Of a stretch of 64,000 nt of DNA, positions 7,960 through 16,374 are shown piece by piece. The stretch is taken from NCBI GenBank assembly GCA_038248205.1, contig JBBRUC010000004.1:18-64017 (forward strand). The letters run 5' to 3'. The position numbers and the translations under genes were made by a program. The notes under the pieces are model-generated. The model was not told where the DNA came from. It worked only from the letters and a program-made list of their open reading frames with translations, and searched no databases. Numbering within the stretch: the first letter of the stretch is position 1; every line of letters starts with the position of its first letter. The stretch is from Thermoanaerobaculia bacterium (GTDB lineage: Bacteria > Acidobacteriota > Thermoanaerobaculia > Multivoradales > UBA5704).

Positions 7960-10254
7960 TTGAGTCTACGCGACCGGCTCTACGAGCAGAGCAAGAACAC
8001 GCGGACCCTGCTGCTCGGTCTGGCCGGGCTGCTGTTCGTCTTCACCGCCATCTTCTATTTGCTCCAGCGCGACCGGGAAATGCCGGCCTACCTGGTGACC
8101 AACCGGGTGCTGCTGTTCGTCCTCTGGTACGTCAACATCGTTTTGATCTTGGCGATCGTGTTCGTCCTGATGCGCGATCTGTTCAAGCTGTTTCTCGAAC
8201 GCCGCCATCGAATTCTCGGCTCGAAGCTCAAGACCAAACTGGTCGCGACCTACATCGGCCTGTCGCTCTTTCCCGTGCTGACCCTGTTCGTCATCGCCAC
8301 CGAGCTGCTCCAGGGGTCGATCGATCGCTGGTTCGCCACCCCCGTGCGCCCCGTGCTCGAACAGGGCAACGCCGTGGCGCAGGCGCTGTTCGACCAGATC
8401 CAATCTTCGTGCGCCTCGGCCGCCCGCCGAACGCTGGCCGATCTCGGCCGGGTTGATCTGTCGCGCGAGAGCGAGCGCGAGCGGCTCGGCGGCCGGTTAC
8501 GCGCCCTCCTGGCGGAGAACGACCTCGATTTTCTCGCCGTCTACGAGGGGACCGACTTCGTGCAAGGGGTGGTGGACTCCCGCTCCGGGATTTCCGATCT
8601 GCCCGAACCCGGCCGCGACCTGCTCGGCGAGGCGGTGACCGAGGGGCGCGCGGTACGCACCGTCGAGCCCCCCGGCTGGCGCGGCCGGCTGGTGCTCGCG
8701 GCGGTCTCGGGCGCCGCGGCGGGGGAGGCCGAGGCGGGCGATGGCGGAACGACCGGCGGCGCCAAGCTCGATCCCCTGGCCGCGGACCCGGCCGAGCCGA
8801 AACCGCGCATCGTGGTCGCCGGCACGTTGCTCGATCCGGTCCTCGCGGAGCGCACCGAGCGGCTGATCGAGGCGTTCCAGACCTACCGCCAGCTGGAGGT
8901 GCAGAAGGAGGATCTGCGCGCGAGCCATCTGCTGATCTTCCTGATGGTCACGCTGTTGATTCTGCTCGCTTCGACCTGGACCGGGCTGTTCCTCGCCCGG
9001 CGGGTGACCGTGCCGATCTTGGCGCTCGCCGAAGGGACCCGGCGGATCAGCAGCGGCGATCTCGATCACCGGGTGGAAGCGCCGGCCGACGACGAGCTGG
9101 GCGTGCTGGTTGCCTCGTTCAACCGGATGACCGAGGAATTGCAGCGCAGCAACCGGGCGCTTCAGACCACCAACGAGCGGCTGGCCGAGGAGCGCGCCCT
9201 GCTCGCCGCGGTGCTCGAAAACGTCGCGGCCGGTATCGTCTCGATCGATGGTTCCGGCCGGATCTTCACTTGCAACGGCGCGGCGCTCCACATGCTCCAA
9301 CAGCGCGAGGAGGAGGTCGTGGGGCGCGCCCCGGCCGAGGCGTGGAGCGATCCGGAGCGGAGCAAGCTCGCCGCCCTGCTCGCCGATCTACCCGAGGCCC
9401 CGGAGGCGGACGCCGGCCGCCGCGGCCGTCGCGCCGCGCGCGAAGTCCAGATGGTGATCGGCGGCGACTGGAAGACGTTCGAGGTCAAGGTGACGCCGAT
9501 CCGCGACGCCGCGGGATCACGCGGCCGGGTGCTCGTGCTCGAAGATCTGACCGAGCTGATCCAGGCCCAGCAGCTCGCGGCCTGGAACGAGGCGGCGCGG
9601 CGGATCGCGCACGAGATCAAGAACCCTCTCACGCCGATCCGCCTGGGCGCCGAGCGACTGCTCGAAAAGCATCGGCGCGGCGATCCGGCGCTCGGTCCCG
9701 CGATCGAAGAGGCGGCCGACATCATCGTCCGCGAGGTAGAAAACCTCCAGGAGATGGTGGACGAGTTTTCGCGCTACGCCCGCATGCCCCGGCCGCGGCC
9801 GACCCGGCTCGATCTCACCCGGTTGATCAAAGAGACCTGCCATCTGTATCGCGACGTCAAGGTCGGCGTGCCGGTGGTCTTCGCCTCCGGCTCGACCGAT
9901 GACCTCTCCGCGGTGGACCTCCCCACGGTGTGGATCGACGGCGAGCAGATCCGCCGCGCCCTGATCAACCTGATCGACAACGGGGTCGAGGCGACCGACC
10001 CGCCCGGCACCGTCACCGTCTCGGTCGATCGGGGCGAGGACACTCTCGCGATCCACGTCGCCGACACCGGGCGCGGCATCCCGCCCGAGTCGAAAGAGAA
10101 GCTGTTCCTGCCCTATTTCTCGACCAAAGGGCGCGGCACCGGGATGGGGCTCGCGATCGTCCACCGCATCGTCACCGACCACCACGGCGCGCTCCGGGTG
10201 GAAGACAACCGGCCGGCCGGCACGGTGTTCACGATCGAATTGCCGCTCGGTTGA
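7960..10254 (+). CDS. sensor histidine kinase, NtrY-like (TM-HAMP-PAS-HisKA-HATPase)
   Basis: N-terminal TM helices and a HAMP-like segment (ARRVTVPILALAEGTRRISSGDLDHRV). H-box AHEIKNPLTPI, N-box NLIDNGVEA, G-boxes DTGRGI and GTGMGLAIV. TTG start in the track. No response regulator is adjacent. Confidence 0.9.
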   Translation: MSLRDRLYEQSKNTRTLLLGLAGLLFVFTAIFYLLQRDREMPAYLVTNRVLLFVLWYVNIVLILAIVFVLMRDLFKLFLERRHRILGSKLKTKLVATYIGLSLFPVLTLFVIATELLQGSIDRWFATPVRPVLEQGNAVAQALFDQIQSSCASAARRTLADLGRVDLSRESERERLGGRLRALLAENDLDFLAVYEGTDFVQGVVDSRSGISDLPEPGRDLLGEAVTEGRAVRTVEPPGWRGRLVLAAVSGAAAGEAEAGDGGTTGGAKLDPLAADPAEPKPRIVVAGTLLDPVLAERTERLIEAFQTYRQLEVQKEDLRASHLLIFLMVTLLILLASTWTGLFLARRVTVPILALAEGTRRISSGDLDHRVEAPADDELGVLVASFNRMTEELQRSNRALQTTNERLAEERALLAAVLENVAAGIVSIDGSGRIFTCNGAALHMLQQREEEVVGRAPAEAWSDPERSKLAALLADLPEAPEADAGRRGRRAAREVQMVIGGDWKTFEVKVTPIRDAAGSRGRVLVLEDLTELIQAQQLAAWNEAARRIAHEIKNPLTPIRLGAERLLEKHRRGDPALGPAIEEAADIIVREVENLQEMVDEFSRYARMPRPRPTRLDLTRLIKETCHLYRDVKVGVPVVFASGSTDDLSAVDLPTVWIDGEQIRRALINLIDNGVEATDPPGTVTVSVDRGEDTLAIHVADTGRGIPPESKEKLFLPYFSTKGRGTGMGLAIVHRIVTDHHGALRVEDNRPAGTVFTIELPLG

Positions 10255-10271
10255 GGGCGGGGACATCTTCC

Positions 10272-10413
10272 CTGCGGGCGGCTCCTCGTAACTCGCTTCG
10301 CTCAGACAGACTCGGAGCCGTCCTCGGAAAGATGTCCCCGCCCTGCGGACAGCTCCTCGTAACTCGCTTCGCTCAGACAGACTCGTAGCCGTCCTCGGAA
10401 AGTTGTCCCTGCC
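10272..10413. repeat. two tandem copies of a 71-bp unit between convergent genes
   Basis: Direct comparison of 10272-10342 with 10343-10413 shows 5 mismatches in 71. In addition, 10255-10271 (GGGCGGGGACATCTTCC) is complementary to 10326-10343, which would form a long hairpin. Confidence 0.85.
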
Positions 10414-10416
10414 CTC

Positions 10417-11868
10417 TTACGAGGCCCCCCGGCCGAGCAGCACCACGGGAATCGTCTTGAGCAGGATTTTCAGATCGAGCGACGGCGACCAGGAGTCGAT
10501 GTATTCGAGGTCGAGTTCCATCCAGCGGTCGAAATCGACGTTGTTCCGGCCGCTGATCTGCCATAGGCAGGTGAGGCCGGGTTTCATCGACAGGCGCCGA
10601 CGCTGCCACCGCTCGTAGCGCGCGACCTCTTCCGGGATTGGCGGACGCGGCCCGACCAGGCTCATGTCGCCGCGCAGGACGTTCCAGAGCTGCGGCAACT
10701 CGTCCAGACTGAACTTCCGCAAGAAGCGGCCGATCCAGGTCACCCGCGGGTCGCTCTTGAGCTTGAACACCGGGCCGTTCATCTCGTTCAGGTGCATCAG
10801 CTCGCTCTGCTGCTCTTCGGCCCCCACCACCATGGTGCGGAACTTGTAGAGCGTGAACGAACGGCCGTTCAAGCCGCATCGGGTCTGGCGAAACAGCACC
10901 GCGCCGCCCGAGGTGACCCGGATCAACAGGGCGACCCCGGCGGCGATCGGTATCGCGAGCACCAGGAGCGACGAGGCGACCGCGACGTCGAGCGCCCGTT
11001 TGGTCATCAGCTGCAACGGATTGGTCGGCGCGGTGGCGAACGAGACGAGCGGCATGCCGTCCAGGTCTTCCAGCTCCACCCGCGCCCGGGTGTGGGGGAA
11101 CAGGTTCATCGCGAACCGGGTGCGAATTCCCTGCTCTTGCAGCGACAGGAACAGATCCTCCAGCCGGTCGAGTTCGTTGCGGTGGACCGCGAAGATCACG
11201 TCGTCGATCACCCGATCCTGGACCAGATCGGGGATGTCCTCGATCCGGCCGACGATGCGATAGCGGCGCGGCCAGTTCGCGGGGATCGCCTCGTTCTCGA
11301 CGAAGCCGAGGATGCGATAGCCCCAGAAGCGATGCTGGTCGAGCGAGTCGGCGATTTGCAGCGCGCTGTCGTTGGTGCCGACGATCAACACCGTCCGGTA
11401 GTTGAAGCCGATGCTGCGGACGTAGCGCGAGGTGAGCCGGACCGCGATCTTTTCCGACAGCAGGAACAAAAGGGAGAAGACCGCGAACAGGAGCACCCAG
11501 GAGCGGCTGACCCGGTCGGAGCCGAGAATCTCCTCGTCGATCCGCAAGGCGTAGAGCGAGAGGGTGAAAATCACCGATCCGGAAATACAGATGCGGATGA
11601 TCACCCACGCCTCGTCGAGCAGCGGGACCGTGCGGTGCGACCGGTAGCGGCCCGACGAGAGCAGCAGCGTGCCCCAGATCAGCAGGGCGAGCGGCAGAAG
11701 CGGCAGGTAGGCCGAAAGCGGATAGAGCCGGCTGGGGAAGGCGTGCGGCGCGATGTCCGGCAGCAGCCAGCTACGGAGGAGAAATGCGCAGACGAACGCC
11801 CCGGCGACCAGGGCGAGATCGACGACGAAAATGCCGACCGCGAGAATGCGTGCGCGTTCTTTGAGCAT
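10417..11868 (-). CDS. exopolysaccharide polyprenyl glycosylphosphotransferase (bacterial sugar transferase, WbaP-like)
   Basis: N-terminal TM helices and a central Rossmann-like segment. The C-terminus reads LDELPQLWNVLRGDMSLVGPRP...KPGLTCLWQISGRN, the Bac_transf signature. Confidence 0.9.
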   Translation of the reverse strand: MLKERARILAVGIFVVDLALVAGAFVCAFLLRSWLLPDIAPHAFPSRLYPLSAYLPLLPLALLIWGTLLLSSGRYRSHRTVPLLDEAWVIIRICISGSVIFTLSLYALRIDEEILGSDRVSRSWVLLFAVFSLLFLLSEKIAVRLTSRYVRSIGFNYRTVLIVGTNDSALQIADSLDQHRFWGYRILGFVENEAIPANWPRRYRIVGRIEDIPDLVQDRVIDDVIFAVHRNELDRLEDLFLSLQEQGIRTRFAMNLFPHTRARVELEDLDGMPLVSFATAPTNPLQLMTKRALDVAVASSLLVLAIPIAAGVALLIRVTSGGAVLFRQTRCGLNGRSFTLYKFRTMVVGAEEQQSELMHLNEMNGPVFKLKSDPRVTWIGRFLRKFSLDELPQLWNVLRGDMSLVGPRPPIPEEVARYERWQRRRLSMKPGLTCLWQISGRNNVDFDRWMELDLEYIDSWSPSLDLKILLKTIPVVLLGRGAS

Positions 11869-12011
11869 TTAGATTGTTGGGTCTCGCCTGCTCCGAAATG
11901 AACCTCGTGGTGATTTTAACGGATTGGAACGAAAAAGCGTCCAATCGCCAAAGATCGCGGTGGAGTGTTTTTTCAGGCCCGATCGGAATTTAGCTGAGCC
12001 GAACCTAGAAT

Positions 12012-13157
12012 TCACCTGAGCTTCGGGCCTGACAACCGGACAAAAAGGGCGGCGTAGCGGTCGGCGACCGAGTCCCAACTGAACCGCTCGGCCGCGCGGG
12101 CGGCGGCTTCCCTCCGCAGCGCCTCCACCTCCTCAGGGTGCGCCAGAGCCCATTCGATTTCCGCCGTCAGGGTCATCGGCCGGTGGGCGTTGAACCGCCG
12201 TGCCGTGCCGCCCGCGACCTCGCGATTCTCCGGCGTGTCGTGGAGCAGCACACAGTTGCCATAGCCCATCGCCTCCACCAACGCGGGGTGGGTGCCCCCT
12301 ACTTCGGTCGCGTGAATGTAGGCGTAGGCGTGGGAAAGCAGCTCGCGGTACCCCTCGCCGTAGATCGGCCCGGGGAACTTGATCCGCGAATCGGCGTCGG
12401 TCGTGAAGCTCGCGATGAACCCTTGGGCATACGGCGCGCCGCCCACCATCACCAGCGGCATCTCGCCCGCCGCGCCCGAACCGATTCCGCGCGGTACCTC
12501 GCGCCACGCCGCGGCCACCCGATGCGGGTTGTTCTCCGGCTCAAATCGACTGACGTAGAGAAAATACCGCCGCGAGGTAAGGCCCAGCTGGGCGAGCACC
12601 CCGGTCTCACGGGGCGGCCGGGGGTCGACTCCGTAGGTGATCACGTCCGACGCGGCACGGTAGCGGGCGAGGTAGTGCGAGCGAATGACCTCGGCATCGG
12701 TGATCAAGGCGTCGGGCAGAAAACAGGCGAGCCGCTCCGACAGGGCGTAGACCGCGCGCCCGAACGCCCCCCACTTCGCCCGCCGCTTTTCGATCCCGTC
12801 GACATTCAGGGCGACCGGCGTGCCGGCCAGCAGCGGCAGGAACATCGCGTTGGCCGAGTTGACCATCAGCGCGGCGTCGTACCCCTCGCGCCCGGCATGC
12901 AGGCACGACAGGAAGGTGTGGACCGGCGTGTCCAGGTGCTTGCCGCGGATCGTCGGCAAGACGACCAGCCGGGCGCCGAGGTGGGAGGCGAGCCCCTTCG
13001 GCGTGTAGTGCGATCGGCAATAGACCGTGACCTCGAAGCCGCGCGCGATCAACCGCGGCGCCAGCTCCTCCATCAAGGTCTCGTAGCCGCCATAGCGGCC
13101 CGGAATGCCGCGGCTGCCGAGCAGGGCGACGCGCAGCGGCCGGCCGGCGGCGGTCAC
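12012..13157 (-). CDS. glycosyltransferase family 4 (DUF1972-type N-terminus)
   Basis: RVALLGSRGIPGRYGGYETLMEEL is the DUF1972/GT4 N-terminus, and there is a C-terminal GT1-type E(x7)E region (THPALVEAMGYG). The start is set at GTG 13157, giving a GTGA overlap with the upstream stop. The track start at 13184 is the alternative. Confidence 0.85.
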   Translation of the reverse strand: MTAAGRPLRVALLGSRGIPGRYGGYETLMEELAPRLIARGFEVTVYCRSHYTPKGLASHLGARLVVLPTIRGKHLDTPVHTFLSCLHAGREGYDAALMVNSANAMFLPLLAGTPVALNVDGIEKRRAKWGAFGRAVYALSERLACFLPDALITDAEVIRSHYLARYRAASDVITYGVDPRPPRETGVLAQLGLTSRRYFLYVSRFEPENNPHRVAAAWREVPRGIGSGAAGEMPLVMVGGAPYAQGFIASFTTDADSRIKFPGPIYGEGYRELLSHAYAYIHATEVGGTHPALVEAMGYGNCVLLHDTPENREVAGGTARRFNAHRPMTLTAEIEWALAHPEEVEALRREAAARAAERFSWDSVADRYAALFVRLSGPKLR

Positions 13158-14176
13158 AGGGGAATCCCTTCGATGCCAAACCAACGATCGAGCGCTGCGG
13201 CGCCTACCGTCCGCTGCCCTTGGATCGCCCGCCGCCGCGCGAGGATCTCGCGCCGATGGCGCCAGAGCCAGGCGTAGGCGGGCAGCGAGGTCCGTTCCTT
13301 GAGGATCGCGTAGCCGAGCGCCAGAACGTCGCGGCCGAGGGTGGGCAGGGCGGTGCGCAGGAAATTGCTCCCGGTCTGGTGGTACACCCTCAGGAGATAG
13401 CGATTTTTGAGCGAGTGGCGGTTCACTTCGGGCGGCATCGCGCTGCGCCGTTCGGGCAGGTTGTACCGCTTGTGCAGGGCCACCGCCCCGGGCTCATAGA
13501 GAATTTCCCACCCCCGCTCGCGCAGGCGAAAGCAGAGTTCCGCATCCTCCCGGAACGAGTGGAACGCGGGATCGAAGATCGCCCCTTCTAGCGCCACGTC
13601 GTCGAGCGCCGCACGACGAAAGAGCGACGCCGCGCCGGTTGCGCCGAACACCCGCGCCGCCCGAGAGTACTGCCCCGCATCGACCTCGCCCGATCCCCGG
13701 TCCAGATGCCGCCAGGTCCGGGTGAGCCGCATGCCGCAGGCGTCGAGAACCGGGGGAGGAGCGTCCGTTCCCGAAGAGGCGCGGACCAGCCGGCCGGTGA
13801 CCGCGCCGACTTGGAGATCCGGATGCGCCGCCACCCGTTCGAGCAGCCGATCCAGGTAGTCGGGCGCCGGAAGTGCGTCGGCATTGAGCGTCAACACCCA
13901 AGGCGCCGACGTCTTGGAAAACGCCACGTTCATCCCGCCGGCAAACCCGAGGTTTTCAGCGGACGGTACGACGGTCCCGGGAATCTCGGACGGCAGATCC
14001 CGCGCCAGCCGCTCGGCCTCCGCGGCGCTGCCGTCGCCGCTCGCGCAATCGACCACCACCAGCTCGATCGGCCGGTACGTGAGCCCGGCGATCGCCCGGA
14101 AGCAAGCGGCAAGATCGCCGGCCGAATTGTGCGTGACGATCGCGATCGCGACAGCGGCATCGTGATTTTCAGTCAC
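13154..14176 (-). CDS. glycosyltransferase family 2
   Basis: AIAIVTHNSAGDL...VVVDCASGDGS...LGFAGGMN is GT2 (GT-A, DxD-type). The long N-terminal part of the track ORF overlaps the upstream GT2, so I trimmed it to GTG 14176, giving a GTGA overlap with the stop at 14173-14175. Confidence 0.8.
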   Translation of the reverse strand: MTENHDAAVAIAIVTHNSAGDLAACFRAIAGLTYRPIELVVVDCASGDGSAAEAERLARDLPSEIPGTVVPSAENLGFAGGMNVAFSKTSAPWVLTLNADALPAPDYLDRLLERVAAHPDLQVGAVTGRLVRASSGTDAPPPVLDACGMRLTRTWRHLDRGSGEVDAGQYSRAARVFGATGAASLFRRAALDDVALEGAIFDPAFHSFREDAELCFRLRERGWEILYEPGAVALHKRYNLPERRSAMPPEVNRHSLKNRYLLRVYHQTGSNFLRTALPTLGRDVLALGYAILKERTSLPAYAWLWRHRREILARRRAIQGQRTVGAAALDRWFGIEGIPL

Positions 14177-15117
14177 GTGCTCGCTCCGCCGGGCTTCCAC
14201 CCCTGCCAGATCGTGCCGAGTATCGCGACCAGGCCGCGCGCCGCCTCGCCCCGGCTCGTCGCCCGAGCAGGCCGGCGGAACGGCACCACCAGGAGCCGCA
14301 GCAAGATCCCGAGCGCCAGTGTCCCGCGCGCCAGGCCGGCCCAGAATCCGCCGTGATGCTTTTTCAGATACCGAAGGAGGTTGCCGTAGTAGATCGAAAG
14401 AAACGGCCCATACCCCAAACGCGGCACGCTGCTCCCCAGCCCATGGCGAAAGACCGAACCGGGCCAATAGTGGAGCGTCAGGCCCGCCTGGCCCATCCGT
14501 TTCGCCAGGTCCACGTCCTCGAACCAGGCGGGAAAGAACCCGGCATCGAACCCGCCCACCCGCTCGAAGGCCGAACGGCGAATCGCCAGCGCGGCGGCGG
14601 CCGGCTGCTCGACGCGCGCGCCCGCGGCCGGTTCTTCTCTGGGTCCATTTCCCGCGGGGATCAAAAGCGTCTGGAGCAACAAGGTGGCGGGAGAAGGAAG
14701 CGGCCGTAGCTGCCACCGATGCTGGGAGTTACCATCCTCTCCCAAAAGCTTCGGAGCGAGCCCGGCCGCATCGGGTAAAGCCGCGAAGCCCTCGACCAAC
14801 CGATCCAAAGCTCCGGGCTCCGGATGGGCATCCGGATTCAAAAACAAAAGAATCTCCCCGCGAGCCCCCGCCGCCCCCTCGTTCGCACCCCCCGCAAATC
14901 CCAGGTTCTCGCCCGGAGCCACGAGCCGGTACGCTCCCGGAGGCAGCACTCCCTCCGAGCCGTTGTCGACCACGATCAGCTCGAACCGTGGATCCCCCGG
15001 CCAAGCGGCGACCAACTCGGCTAGCTCCGTCTCATTCCGCCAATGGACGACGATTCCAGAAAGAAGAGGGGAGGAGGTAGACGAGGAATCGGGCAACATG
15101 AGGGGCGGAGCGATCAT
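14173..15117 (-). CDS. glycosyltransferase family 2
   Basis: SGIVVHWRNE...LIVVDNGSEG...NLGFAGGANEG is GT2. The start is set at ATG 15117, because the track's longer start would run through the 44-bp repeat. Confidence 0.75.
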   Translation of the reverse strand: MIAPPLMLPDSSSTSSPLLSGIVVHWRNETELAELVAAWPGDPRFELIVVDNGSEGVLPPGAYRLVAPGENLGFAGGANEGAAGARGEILLFLNPDAHPEPGALDRLVEGFAALPDAAGLAPKLLGEDGNSQHRWQLRPLPSPATLLLQTLLIPAGNGPREEPAAGARVEQPAAAALAIRRSAFERVGGFDAGFFPAWFEDVDLAKRMGQAGLTLHYWPGSVFRHGLGSSVPRLGYGPFLSIYYGNLLRYLKKHHGGFWAGLARGTLALGILLRLLVVPFRRPARATSRGEAARGLVAILGTIWQGWKPGGAST

Positions 15118-15138
15118 AGCGCCGCCAGCGCTTTCCCG

Positions 15139-15182
15139 CTTTCCCTGGGAACGCCGAGCACCAGCTCGGCATCCGAAGCGGC
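15139..15182. repeat. 44-bp direct repeat, left copy, containing hairpin GCCGAGC-ACCA-GCTCGGC
   Basis: Exact identity to 15759-15802 (CTTTCCCTGGGAACGCCGAGCACCAGCTCGGCATCCGAAGCGGC), read directly from the sequence. Confidence 0.95.
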
Positions 15183-15244
15183 CCGCAACAGCCAAGATCG
15201 CCAAAGAGACCGAGCGGGACTACAATTCCAATCGAGGTAGGACC

Positions 15245-15721
15245 ATGGCAGAGCCCCAGATCAAGCCAACAGCACCGGCCGCCCGAGCCGACGAATTCTT
15301 TCGCCACGAGAGTTTCGAAGCACTGGCTCGCGCGCAAGGAGTTCGCCCTGCAACCCGCCTCGAAAGCTACGAAGGGGGTTGGCCGGCGGATCAGCTCGAC
15401 GACGGTTTCGAGGAAGCGCTGCTCCGGGATACACCCTCCAGCGGCAACGTCTTTCTCGACCTGGGCTTTGGCGAGGAGGAGGGCGAGCGCCTGCGGATTC
15501 GGTCGTCCCTCATGATCGCGATCCGCAAGCTTATCGAGGAGCGGAGTCTCACGCAGGCGGATGCGGCGAAGCTCTTCGGTGTGACCCAGCCGCGGATCAG
15601 CAACCTGGTTCGCGGCAAAATCGACCTTTTCAGCATCGATACCCTGGTCGACATGCTAGCCCGTGGAGGAGTCCGCGTCGAAGTCTTGGTCTCCGAGGCG
15701 ATGAAGCGCGGAGCCGCATAA
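15245..15721 (+). CDS. XRE-family HTH protein, antitoxin-like (HTH_37/COG5606-like C-terminal half) with an N-terminal extension of about 75 aa
   Basis: Starts at ATG 15245 within the track ORF. The C-terminal half NVFLDLGF...RSSLMIAIRKLIEERSLTQADAAKLFGVTQPRISNLVRGKIDLFSIDTLVDMLARGG matches the XRE-type antitoxin HTH pattern. No toxin-like ORF is adjacent. Confidence 0.75.
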   Translation: MAEPQIKPTAPAARADEFFRHESFEALARAQGVRPATRLESYEGGWPADQLDDGFEEALLRDTPSSGNVFLDLGFGEEEGERLRIRSSLMIAIRKLIEERSLTQADAAKLFGVTQPRISNLVRGKIDLFSIDTLVDMLARGGVRVEVLVSEAMKRGAA

Positions 15722-15758
15722 GGCCGCCAAGAACGAAACCCGCCTCGACCCAGGGAGC

Positions 15759-15802
15759 CTTTCCCTGGGAACGCCGAGCACCAGCTCGGCATCCGAAGCG
15801 GC
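15759..15802. repeat. 44-bp direct repeat, right copy
   Basis: Exact identity to 15139-15182. Confidence 0.95.
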
Positions 15803-15979
15803 GAAAATGCCAAAGCAGCCGAGTCGCTGCTCGGCGAGCCGTGAGATGATGAACCGCAGAACCCGCTCGCGCGTAGCGCGGGAGCGTACGGTGGAGTTCC
15901 CGCCGGTGGCGCGCGGCTCTGGATAGCGGAGGACGCGGGGATCCGCGGTCTTGGCCACAGTAACGATGCGCGGAGCTGG

Positions 15980-16031
15980 CTTCGACTTCGCTCAGCCAGC
16001 GGGTAGACCCGAGCCCTGAGCGTAGTCGAAG
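15980..16031. repeat. long imperfect hairpin (16-bp arms, 1 mismatch, 20-nt loop)
   Basis: CTTCGACTTCGCTCAG (15980-15995) pairs with CTGAGCGTAGTCGAAG (16016-16031). It lies in a 650-bp non-coding stretch. Confidence 0.8.
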
Positions 16032-16073
16032 GGCGGTCGCAGGGTGCGGAAGATGCGAGACGAGATTTTGTTA

Positions 16074-16122
16074 CTGGGAAGCGGCTATCGACGCTGGATA
16101 GCGGCTATCCGCCCGGATATCC
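16074..16122. repeat. GGAAGCGGCTATC / GCTATC-N7-GATAGC repeat copy
   Basis: GCTATC (16084-16089), a 7-nt spacer, then GATAGC (16097-16102). The 16-mer CTGGGAAGCGGCTATC recurs at 21803-21818. Confidence 0.8.
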
Positions 16123-16158
16123 CCTTCCGGAGTGGCAGGAGACCCACGCTTTCCTCTT

Positions 16159-16320
16159 TCATCGCAAGGTCTCCGACCCAACAACCAGCAACGCAGATCG
16201 CAAGCACATCGGCTGAACGGCGCCCTCGCCTTCCGCTCGATCGGTCATCAGGACGCCGTCCAGATGGTCGATCTCATGTTGGACCAATTCGGACAGATCC
16301 GGCGGCAGATCCTCCCACAT
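16159..16320 (-). pseudogene. def: peptide deformylase C-terminal fragment (relic)
   Basis: Minus-strand translation gives MWEDLPPDLSELVQHEIDHLDGVLMTDRAEGEG...*. QHEIDHLDG is PDF motif 3 (QHExDH). An in-frame stop lies directly upstream. The motif 1 (GxGxAAxQ) and motif 2 (EGCLS) regions are missing, because the neighbouring gene ends at 16375. Confidence 0.5.
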
Positions 16321-16374
16321 CGATCACCAGCAAGGCGACCACAGGAGGGCGAAGAAGCCGACCCCGAGCCGGCA

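Noticed and set aside
8497-11901. Antisense ORFs 8497-9300 (-), 9517-10266 (-), 10373-11608 (-, 411 aa) and 10792-11901 (+, 369 aa).
   Set aside because: They overlap the histidine kinase and sugar-transferase genes, which have full motif sets. Their composition is that of shadow frames.
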